Numbered from the whole stretch's first letter, positions 40,093 to 51,329 are shown. The stretch is DNA of 57,306 nucleotides, filler included, from Trichosphaerium sp. ATCC 40318 (GCA_038496445.1; 3 parts of 3 records of this genome joined end to end with filler, not necessarily neighbours in it), one strand, 5' to 3'. The notes: a model not told the origin generated them from the letters alone. A program made the numbers and translations.

Positions 40093-41936
40093 ATGGGGCA
40101 TGAAATGGAGAACTCCAACAGAGCAAAACAATATTCGGCGATCCCAGGACGACGATTAATTATTATGGCTCTAGCATTGTTTGTGTGCATTGCTAATATA
40201 TGTACGCACAAAAACAATGTGAATCGTGAATCTCGAATACCACGTAGTTTAAACCTTTTACTCCCCAAAGTCACGGATAAGCTATAATTCCTTATATTTT
40301 GGCGTCTACGATGTTTTATAACGATGTTTAGACTTTTCGGGGGTATTATCGCCCACAACGCCTTTTATTGCCGCTACCGACGAAATAATAGAACCTTTAG
40401 ACAAGTATTGCTATACCACGTTAATGAGTAAGTGAAAACTCGTTGCTATTCGTTTTTTTTTAACGTTCTTTGTTTTGCTTTAGCATCAAAGACGTATGTC
40501 ATGTCAGCGGCTGTTATGATACATTCACTTAAACTACAGAACCCTAAGTACCCTATTATATTATTCATAACAGAAAATCTGGTAGACGAAGTACGGCAGG
40601 AAGGACTCTCTTTTTTTTTTCTTTTTTTTTTTTGTGATTTGATTCTTCTTTGTTCTTTTTTTTTTGACTTTGTGTTTTTGATTCTTGTTTTAGCTTCCAG
40701 AAGAGTTTAAGGTATTGCCTGATGAAATAAGGGTCATAGAACCATTCCATGTTAGCCATGAACTTGTTTCCCACTTTCTAAAAAAGCCTGTATGTGCGGA
40801 ACGACTTTATTCAGTTTAGACATTAGTTTTTTTTTTTTGTCTTCAATTTACTCCACTTTAATGACAGGTTTATTTAGAAACAAGGATATCAAAATAGATT
40901 AGCTAAATTAAAGCTTTTCAAGATCATGAAAGGATACTCCAAAGTATGTTTTATTGATGCTGATATGGTCATTACAAAAAACGTTGATGATATATTCACA
41001 TATCCAACGCCGTCTGGTATGAACACCATCATACACTTACCTCCTATCTAACTATAGCTAGCCCACCTAGAGTACTGGGCAAATGAAAAGAAAGAAGATT
41101 GTAATACAGGTATGCTATGAATCAAGTTGACAAGAAAATACTGATCTATTTTTAACACAAGGTTTCTTCGTTTTTGAACCGAATGAGACAGTTTACAACC
41201 ATCTCGAAAAAGTAGTCAGGGAGCACTTTATAGCAGAGCTTAACTTGACTATATGTTGTGATCAATGGGTACTCAATTATGCTTTTGTAGAACGTAATGA
41301 TTCGTTAAGATGGAATTTTTTGCCATGGTACGTTCATTTGATACATTAAGATGAAATGTTTGGTTCTTTACCTCATATCGTGTGACATTTTTATTTTGAA
41401 ATTACTGCCTTTTATATTTTATCTTCTTACTCTGTTGATAACTTTTAAAACAGGGGTTATGTTGTTGATGGTAGAAACGTTAATTATCAACACAAAGAAA
41501 AATGGCTAGCTGATACAAAGGTTTGGCATTTCCCTGGCCCCAAACCTTGGTTTTTATCAGTAAGTTACAGCTACTATGCTGTCTTTTATTTACAATTATA
41601 CCCAAACACCAGTTTTAGAGCTTTATCTTTAGAACACGTGAACTGGAAATGTAGTTTTCGAAAAGACTCAGCCAGATTCATCCTTTTTTCTGTTTCTTTT
41701 TTTTGGCCTCTGCATGTTTCCAAGGTGTACTCTGTTGTACTTAAAATTATATATAGGGTGGTAGAAGGCGTATTCAATGGATACAATGGTTTCGTGCATA
41801 TGACTTATTGGTAGAAGAGTATCCTGATCTTGTAAACAACAAAAAGTTTTTCTTTGCAAAACCATTATTTGAACCAAAACCAACACTTGATCAGAATGTC
41901 ACATGGAGTCCTCGTCAACAAGACAATCTTCCTATT
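40093..41936 (+). CDS. GT8 glycosyltransferase paralogue 2; 3' end truncated by contig end
   Basis: Collinear with 18545-20379: same TM segment, ASKTYVMSAAVMIHSL, FIDADMV, CDQWVLNYAF and WHFPGPKPW. It lacks the EPSKPL stem repeat. Confidence 0.8.
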
Positions 41937-42036
41937 NNNNNNNNNNNNNNNNNNNNNNNNNNNNNNNNNNNNNNNNNNNNTTAATTAATTAANNNNNNNN
42001 NNNNNNNNNNNNNNNNNNNNNNNNNNNNNNNNNNNN
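41937..42036. other. Artificial contig linker
   Basis: 44 N + TTAATTAATTAA + 44 N. Confidence 0.95.
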
Positions 42037-43442
42037 AAGAGAACGGCAAGCGCTTGTATTCTTAACATTTTGGTTTGCCACTGACCAGCTTTGACATGTT
42101 GTACGCATCTATAACACATTTTCCACAAAAATGTGTACCAACATCCACTCGAGTGGATTCTTTGTATTCCCAGTGTTGGTTTAACACTATTCAAGTATGG
42201 GACAGCGAATACAAGCTAATATAGAGCACTGTTCGCTTTCGGTCGGGCCATCGCTTCGCTCGGGACAAAAACCCGCCCTTCGCTCACAAAATGTCATACA
42301 TTGGTGTATGGCAGCACAGGATAATATGTGACTAGGTACCAAAATCCACTTGAGTGGATTTTGCTTCAGATTCAGTAGAAAATCTCTTCCCTGCCACCTT
42401 TGCCACTGTGAGTTTTGAGAATTATACCAAGAAAGTTTCGAAAGTACAGAAACTTCGGATACTACTACATAATTTCCATTACCACAACTTGCCCAAAGAC
42501 CCGAATTCGCCAAGAATTACTGTGTGTTCTCCGAGTTTCGCCAAAAGCTTTTTGAAGTAACCAATTACAAAAGCAAGGACGTACTATCCAAAATAAAATG
42601 TTAAATGTATTGGGAAATTACAATGTTCCGTTACATGGGCGCCCACAACTTTATCCAAAATATCTGAAAAGTTATAAATTATATCTTTTGTGCGACTGTT
42701 TATGACTTAATTTTCCACACCTATGTTCACGTGGGGGTCAAACTTTTTCGACCATTGCAACTTCTCCTTGGAGTTTCATGGTTTGTAAAAGGTAGGTGAG
42801 AGACGGACTGTTTGATGTCTATCCCTGGTCGTAGATCCTTTTATTACCCCTCCCGGTTGTGAGTGATCATCAAATGCTTGTACACTCGACGAAGGTTTAT
42901 GGTGTCAGAATACATATTGCGCTTTAAGCTGGGCAAAACTATTAGTTGGAAAAGCTGACATTACAGTCCCACAGATACCTTTTTCTTAATGTAATGACAG
43001 GGTGGCGAGTCGGGTTAATGGGTGACCTTTTTTTATTTCCCTGCTCTATAACGTGGGCTTACGAATACCCGAAAATAATCAATGTCACTTCAAATCACGT
43101 AGTGACGCATTAGATAATTCTGAATGATAACCAATTGCTTACGACTTTTGTTTGCAACATCAAGAGGCCTAAAAATACTAGGGTCAATGGTATTGAATCT
43201 GAAAGAAATAACAATTGATGGTCAACTTAGCTTTATCAATCTTGAGTACTGCACAAAAATAAATCAGTATCTTTTGTAACGCTCAATGCTTTGTAAACAG
43301 CAAAGAACAATCGCTAAAGTATTCCGCCATTGTTAACATAGTTGTTGTACGATGATAAGCCATCTTCTGTTGCAACCTGCTACTAAAGGCACAGAACCTG
43401 AAAATAATAACAATACAAAATAAAGTTTATTTAGCAACTTTT

Positions 43443-44500
43443 CTACATATGTTCTCTTTGCATTCTCAATCTCATCTCTTTGCAAAGATCAATACATTGC
43501 GTGATGTATGTGCTTCCCGCAAAGTATGTGATTGAGGTGCTCATTGATCCAGATAATACAGGTCCAATGATGGGTAGAAATGATAGCACCATTTTAGACA
43601 TACTCTGGAATGCACTGTCAGCCGCTTGTTGTTCAACAGCCTTATAGACAATTTTAGTACTATGCTTTCGTGGTCCGAATAACATATATCGACGTGATCC
43701 CTTTGTAACTAATTCTTGTGCTACATATTGAACAGTCTTGATACCTGTCTGTTGTGCTGACTGTTCAATAAACGTTTTAAGTAACTACAGAAAAAGTTAA
43801 CTATACAATGGAACCGTGGAGAGAAAAAACATCTTTCTATTAATACTTTGTCACTAGTTTTTTTCGTACAGCTGGTGCGTAATTAATGAGAGCTAGTTCC
43901 AACCTTGGAAAATTGTATTTTGTGCTATTTTCAAGCCAAGCTGAGATTACAAAGAACCTCTCTGGAACTGCATATGGTTATAAAGTACAAAGTAAGAATG
44001 TTGTTACACTAAATAGAACATACACAGTTTGGAAACCGCGTCAAGATTGATTGAAGATAGCTTTCTCTGAGATCTTCAGGACTTCTACCTGGTCTATCAC
44101 GCTACATTATGAAGTTAGTATAACAGACCGTTAGTATTAAGTAACATAATGACAATACAAAGATGTTGACAACCTGGCGAAAAACTGGTTCACAAAAAAG
44201 AACGTGAGTTCCAGAAGGTAGTTTCAAAAAGATTCACTTTGTTGTTCGTAGTCTTTGACGTCACACTTCCATATAACGCAATCACTATTCAAAGAGTTAT
44301 CCCCTCCATCACTAGCCTCTGTATTTAGAAGTACATGCAGTACATAAATAAGAAAAAGAGAGACAAAAAGAATGAAAGAATGTACTATATCTGCCATTGG
44401 TTGGCTAGCCAAAACCGAAATTAGTGGGTGAATAACGAGATAGTGTACCAGGAATAGACAGGTTTTTTGATATAAGCGTGCTTGCTAATTCGCCATCTAC
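43443..44500 (-). pseudogene. Fragment resembling the C-terminal half of an immunity-related (IRG/IIGP-like) GTPase
   Basis: PERFFVISAWLENSTKYNFPRLELALINYAPAVRKK and FLPIIGPVLSGSMSTSITYF resemble, from memory, the IRG G5 region and C-terminal helices. No G1 P-loop was found, there is an in-frame TGA at 44224-44226, and exon phases do not join cleanly. Confidence 0.3.
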
Positions 44501-44611
44501 TTATTTTGTATTATCTGGTAAAGTACTTGTACCGAAAGTAATTTTTTTCTGTTTTAATCCAGTTGTTTAACATGTGTTAATAAGTAGATTTTTTGATTTC
44601 ATGAAAAACAC

Positions 44612-45070
44612 ATTATGAAAAAACCTGAGTGGAGAAATTATTTTTATTGTCGGATTCTATGCACTCATACATGTCGCATTAGTGCGCAAATAATCAGAGT
44701 CAAAATCGGTCTGGTAAGCCAGAAATTTTTACTTTTTTGTTGATTTTTTGCTTCAAAAACGAAGAACTTTTACCTCACGTTTGATATGAAAAAATTTCCA
44801 GAAAAAAATAAGAAAGGTAACATTTATGGCAACCACGGTCAATTTCAGCTCTGATTTTTTACACAGTACACCAACATGTCAATGCGCTTATTTGCAATTT
44901 TATTGAAATGTAAAAGTTCTTTGTTTTTGAAGCAAAAAATCAACAAAAAAGTAAAAAGTTCTGGCTTACCAGACCGATTTTGACTCTGATTATTTGCGCA
45001 CTAATGTGACATGTATGAGTGCATAGAATCCGACAATAAAAATAATTTCTCCACTCAGGTTTTCATAAAT
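44612..45070. mobile_element. MITE-like long inverted repeat (~160-bp arms, ~135-bp spacer)
   Basis: 44612-44773 and 44910-45070 are near-perfect reverse complements, with degenerate extension to ~44580 and ~45107. Confidence 0.75.
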
Positions 45071-45875
45071 GCACGTGCGTTTTTCGAGCACTAAAAAACT
45101 ACTTTAGCTTGTGGAGTAAGTTGGAGTCGCCTTGGTACATGTAGGATCCTAAAACTAAAACCGTGAGCCGGCTTTAAGACGCTTTACAAGTAGAACAATA
45201 ACCTTGTTTTGTGGTGTGAGGATTGTTATGACTTGTACTGGCACTCATACATGATTGTCCCGTACAAATAAAAAAGACATGAATGCATTTTACAGCTAAG
45301 TAGAAAGAAGTTAATAAGAGGAGAAAACAGCTTTGACTTACAGATTAATTGATCTGTTAGAAGCGAATATATCTTGATTTGCTCACATAGCTTATCTTGT
45401 GTTAGTGTCAAGGAAGACACTTTTTTTACCCCGTTACACATGTACCACCATGTTGGATCAGTGTAAGGCATCAGTGAAAGTCGGCTCAGCACTTTTTTTG
45501 AAACGCATTTCAATGAAAACCAAGAAGAGAAAATAGTTTTATTGCAGCGTTATACACATATACATGTCGTCTGTGTATTGTGGAAAAAAATTGGGCTTAA
45601 ATTTATGTAGTAAGTCATAAATTACAAATTCTTATTGGCCTGAGCGGCACCAATAAAATTTCAACAATACACAATTGCCATCTTGTTATTTTATCTACAA
45701 CATACATCTCTACCTTCCAAAGTTGAACAAATTACAATTGAACGTTGCACTTATAAGTATCCTTTATTTTCAGTGCGCCAAAACAAGTTATTGAAACAAA
45801 GTACAATTTGTGAGAAAAACTAAACTGTGGTTGTTTATTGATAAATGTTGCTTGTTTACAACAGCCGCATTAGAA

Positions 45876-48800
45876 TTACTTTGCTGTACTTTCAAGGAGA
45901 GCTATTTTTGCCAGTAGAATGGCATTCTTCTCCTTTAGGCTAGTGATGTCTCGCATTAGATCTTGGACACTTTCGGTGAGGTTGATATTGTCTAGCTTTA
46001 GGGTGTTATTGCTTCCTGTGAGGTTGATATTGTCTAGCTTTAGGGTGTTATTGCTTCTTGTGAGGTCTTTGATGCTTTTGGTCAATTCAGTAATGTGCTG
46101 TTCTTTGTTTGCATTCATTTTCTGTGAATTCCAATGAAGTTCAGCCAGGCTCTTCTTCAATTTCTCTACCTCGTTGTTTGATTCTAGTTCAAGATTGGCA
46201 TAATTATAACTTGGTTGTTCATCATCAGTTGAATCATCATGGGCAGCCCACAGTTTTCTAGTACAAAACTTAAGTTTAAAAGATACTATAAAATTATACC
46301 GGTTAGAAATAAAAGTGGCGTCAGAATCAGATAGTTCATCATCAGATAGCTCGCCAGCTGAACCAGCAGTATCTACTTCTGAAGCTTGATCTTCAGTTTG
46401 TTCATTATCGCCTTTCTCTTTCTTTGTCTTTTTATCAACTTTCTTGGCTTTTGAACGTTTTTTTGTACGTTTTTTACGTTCAACTTTGATGATGTACCGA
46501 GCAACAGCTTGAGTATCTAAAATAGTGTTTAATACTTTAATCACATTTTTCGATTGTATTGCTGAGTGTACCTTGTGCCACTACCAGCTCATCGTATACT
46601 GCATCTTCAAGTTTATCTGCGGGCAAAAGTTTACCGATGCGGTCTACCAATGCATAGTGGCTTTGGTAGCCTGGTTTTATTGGCCTTCCGTGCAAGCTTT
46701 CATTCGTGGTTTTGGTACCCTCATCAGTCTTTTTACATACAAGGGGATCATGCTTTTTATCAAGTAAGTAAAGAATATCCACATGTTTGCTTACCGGATA
46801 AACGTTCCCAGGAGTAACAAGACTTAAAACCAGTGTTTTTGAAGTTGTTCCTTTTAAATCATATGAAGCGGCATACTTTATGCTTCTCTATTGCCGAAAA
46901 TGAATATTGACCACCTGCAATAATTGGGTAATAACGTACAGTGAAGTATATCCCTTGACCATAGTAACCAGCGTCTAAAGAACTCACAGTTCCAAAACCA
47001 GCCTTTACAATACTCTTAGCAGCTTCTTCGGTTGTTCCATGGACCATCAATATCACTGGTAACTAAATAAAATGTTTGTAGTGCAAGAGTACCAAGAACA
47101 TTACCTTATCTTTTTTTTCAGTATAACAATCATTAAAAGCAGTGAGGGCGTTGTACTTTTGGTACACAGTCTCTTTGTATTTCTTGTAGATACTATCAGT
47201 TTTCCACTTTTGTTTTTTAAACAACTTGGGCAGTTCTCTAATAGATGCATGTTTAGAATCACGAAAATGCCTATGAAGTGTGGAGCAACCGTACTGATGT
47301 CTGTGCGTCAGTATTTCGTTGATTCGACCAAAGTTTTCTGTCAAGATGTCATTATAAACGAGAGTCGCTTCAATGATTTCGTAATTGTCACAGCCATGTA
47401 GTTTTGACATCTCCTGTTTGAGGATGTTGAATTCTCTGACTGCCACTTTGTCGTTTGTATCAAGAAGGTTCAGTGTTTTGTAGTGTGTTGCCTTTGCAAC
47501 AATGCCTCTTTTTGTAATATTAGAACTAATAAAAAGTAATTGTACGCACGTGTTAGAGCTATCCCAATTATTTGCAAAATACAATCGCGGATTCAGGCTC
47601 CATGCGTTTTCACCTTTTAATCCTTTTGACAACTTTTTTTAGTACTATATCACCACACGCTTCTTACCTTCAGTACACTCTTCTTTTAAGGATTCATCTT
47701 GACTGTTATTAACCCAAGCATCATTGGGCATATCATGCAGAATGCCTTGCATTGATTGCCCATCTTGTTTCCAGAATTTCTGTAGAAAAAGAATGTTGTT
47801 TGTAGTGTAGATGTTAGCAGTGAAGATATCGTACCGGAGACAGTACAACTTTGGGATCGCATGTAGAACAAATTAAATAACAAATCCCTTTTTCCATTGC
47901 CAGTTTGAAATAATACCGCGTTGGCTAAACGTTATAATGGTTAGATATTGGTATTCAACAAAGTGTACCAAACGGTGAAGCCATTCTTCAAACTGTTTTC
48001 TCCCCTCTACGTAGTGCTTTTTACAGTATCTCCACAGTGGATGGCATTGTTTACCACTTGGACAGTATTTTAAGAAAGTTACGAATTTTTCAACAGCTGA
48101 GGGTGTATTTGATACCACTTCTCTAATTAAAATGAACATAAAGTCTTGCCACTTTCTTTGGCATGGAGTTACTACTACTTACAGTGTTAGCTATATTTCA
48201 CCAAATTTTTTGTAATGTGCCCAATACCTGAATTCTTGTTGGTTTCACTTTCATCAATAGTATCAATAGTACTTGCGTTAGGTTTGATTAATTTCAACAT
48301 TAATATTGATATATAGTCAAAATCTCAAATGATAGTAAATAAACATAGTTTTTATCTCATTTGCGATATTACCTGCATAAATCAAAGCTGTATTTCCATA
48401 TTTATCAACAACTTCAATATTGGCGTTGGCTTTGAGTAAGATTGATACAACTTCATTGCGTCCTTTTATTGCTAAATAGTATAGTGAGATATGTACATGT
48501 TGTATCTCATCATATCATGTTACCTGCATACATTAAAGCTGTCCTTCCATCTTTATCAACAGCATCAATATTGGCGTTGGCTTTGAGTAAGATTGATACA
48601 ACTTCACCCTGTCCATCATATGCTAAATAGTAGAATGAGATATGTACATGTTGTATCTCATCATATCATGTTACCTGCACATATTAAAGCTGTCATTCCA
48701 TCTTTACCAACAGCATCAATATTGGCGTTGGCTTTGAGTAAGATTGATACAACTTCACCGTGTCCTTTTATTGCTAAATAGTAGAATGAGATATGTACAT

Positions 48801-51329
48801 GTTGTATCTCATCATATCATGTTACCTGCACACATTAAAGCTGTATTTCCAAATTTACCAACAGCATCAACATTGGCGTTGGCTTTGAGTAAGATTGATA
48901 CAACTTCATTGTGTCCATATTGTGCTAAATAGTAGAATGAGATATGTACATGTTGTATCTCATCATATCATGTTACCTGCACATATTAAAGCTGTCATTC
49001 CATCTTTATCAACAGCATCAATATTGGTGTTGGCTTTGAGTAAGATTGATACAACTTCATTGTGTCCTTTTATTACTAAATAGTAGAGTGAGATATGTAC
49101 ATGTTGTATCTCATCATATCATGTTACCTGCACACATTAAAGCTGTCATTCCATATTTACCAACAGCATCAATATTGGCGTTGGCTTTGAGTAAGATTGA
49201 TACAACTTCATTGTGTCCATCATATGCTAAATAGTAGAGTGAGATATGTACATGTTGTATCTCATCATATCATGTTACCTGCTTTAATTAAAGCTGTATT
49301 TCCATTTCTAGCAACAGCATCAACATTGGCGTTGGCTTTGAGTAAGATTGATACAACTTCACCGTGTCCATCATATGCTAAATAGTAGAATGAGATATGT
49401 ACATGTTGTATCTCATCATATCATGTTACCTGCACACATTAAAGCTGTCTTTCCATATTTATCAACAACATCAACATTGGCGTTGGCTTTGAGTAAGATT
49501 GATACAACTTCATTGCGTCCTTGTATTGCTAAATAGTAGAATGAGATATGTACATGTTGTATCTCATCATATCATGTTACCTGCTTTAATTAAAGCTGTA
49601 TTTCCATCTTTATCAACAGCATCAATATTGGCGTTGGCTTTGAGTAAGATTGATACAACTTTATTGTGTCCATTATATGCTAAATAGTAGAATGAGATAT
49701 GTACATGTTGTATCTCATCATATCATGTTACCTGCATACATTAAAGCTGTATTTCCATCTTCATCAACAGTATCAATATTGGTGTAGGCTTTGAGTAAGA
49801 TTGATACAACTTCATTGTGTCCTTTTTGTGCTAAATAGTAGAGTGAGATATGTACATGTTGTATCTCATCATATCATGTTACCTGCATACATTAAAGCTG
49901 TATTTCCATCTTCATCAACAGTATCAATATTGGTGTAGGCTTTGAGTAAGATTGATACAACTTCATTGTGTCCATATTGTGCTAAATAGTAGAGTGAGAT
50001 ATGTACATGTTGTATCTCATCATATCATGTTACCTGCACATATTAAAGCTGTCTTTCCATATTCATCAACAACATCAACATTGGCGTTGGCTTTGAGTAA
50101 GATTGATACAACTTCATTGTGTCCATTATATGCTAAATAGTAGAGTGAGATATGTATATGTTGTATTTCATCATATTATGTTACCTGCACATATTAAAGC
50201 TGTCCTTCCATTTCTAGCAACAGCATCAACATTGGCGTTGGCTTTGAGTAAGATTGATACAACTTCACCGTGTCCTTTTATTGCTAAATAATAGAATGAG
50301 ATATGTACATGTTGTATCTCATCATATCATGTTACCTGCACATATTAAAGCTGTATTTCCAAATTTACCAACAGCATCAACATTGGCGTTGGCTTTGAGT
50401 AAGATTGATACAACTTCATTGTGTCCATCATATGCTAAATAGTAGAATGAGATATGTACATGTTGTATCTCATCATATCATGTTACCTGCTTTAATTAAA
50501 GCTGTATTTCCATTTCTAGCAACAGCATCAACATTGGCGTTGGCTTTGAGTAAGATTGATACAACTTCACCGTGTCCATCATATGCTAAATAGTAGAATG
50601 AGATATGTACATGTTGTATCTCATCATATCATGTTACCTGCACATATTAAAGCTGTATTTCCATATTTATCAACAACATCAACATTGGCGTTGGCTTTGA
50701 GTAAGATTGATACAACTTCATTGCGTCCATATTGTGCTAAATAGTAGAGTGAGATATGTACATGTTGTATCTCATCATATCATGTTACCTGCTTTAATTA
50801 AAGCTGTATTTCCATTTCTAGCAACAGCATCAACATTGGCGTTGGCTTTGAGTAAGATTGATACAACTTCACCGTGTCCTTTTATTGCTAAATAGTAGAG
50901 TGAGATATGTACATGTTGTATCTCATCATATCATGTTACCTGCACATATTAAAGCTGTATTTCCATATTTATCAACAACATCAACATTGGCGTTGGCTTT
51001 GAGTAAGATTGATACAACTTCATTGTGTCCTTTTATTACTAAATAGTAGAATGAGATATGTACATGTTGTATCTCATCATATCATGTTACCTGCACACAT
51101 TAAAGCTGTATTTCCATATTTATCAACAGCATCAACATTGGCGTTGGCTTTGAGTAATGTTGATACAACTGCATTGTAGCCATTTGTTGCTAAACTTTGT
51201 CAACTATTTGTTTAGCAAGCATTACAAACCTGCAAAAGAAAACACAATTTCAATTATGGGGAGATAGATGTTGTTGGTTGGTTCTTCCTTTTCTAAACAT
51301 TGGTATTTGTCGCTCTGTGATTCTGTCAT
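45876..51329 (-). CDS. Ankyrin-repeat array (19 one-repeat exons) + PARP-like ADP-ribosyltransferase + K-rich/acidic segment + coiled coil
   Basis: Exon 1 (51329-51230) reads MTESQSDKYQ...IYLPIIEIVFSFA, followed by 19 in-frame 99-nt exons and then linker exons. The ART motifs are MVHGTT, GYYGQGIYFT|RSIKYAASY, LSLVTPGNVYP, PGYQSHY, VYDELVVAQ and TQAVARYII. Stop TAA at 45876-45878. Some linker splice sites were inferred by eye. Confidence 0.85.
48373..51189 (-). repeat. 151-bp exon-intron tandem array: 19 x 99-nt ankyrin exon + 18 x 52-nt intron
   Basis: Exons occupy 48373+151n to 48471+151n (n=0-18). Each encodes AxxGxxEVVSILLKANANxDxVxxxGxTALxxA. The intron is GTAACATG...CTATTTAG and all introns are phase 1. 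Confidence 0.95.

Noticed and set aside
18445-42036. TTAATTAATTAA palindromes inside N runs as a biological motif, and gene linkage across them
   Set aside because: These are six-frame-stop linkers added when contigs were concatenated. Adjacency across them is not evidence.
48442-51046. Fifteen 62-aa plus-strand ORFs (MIQLH...) as a tandem peptide family, or the 151-bp array as a CRISPR-like repeat-spacer locus
   Set aside because: The ORFs are antisense shadows of the ankyrin exon-intron units and start at non-ATG codons. The putative spacers are homologous coding exons with GT-AG boundaries, and no cas genes are present.
45876-51329. Calling the gene tankyrase (TNKS)
   Set aside because: No SAM domain or ARC periodicity is recognisable, the repeats are near-identical recent duplicates, and the ART domain is divergent. 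No symbol was assigned.
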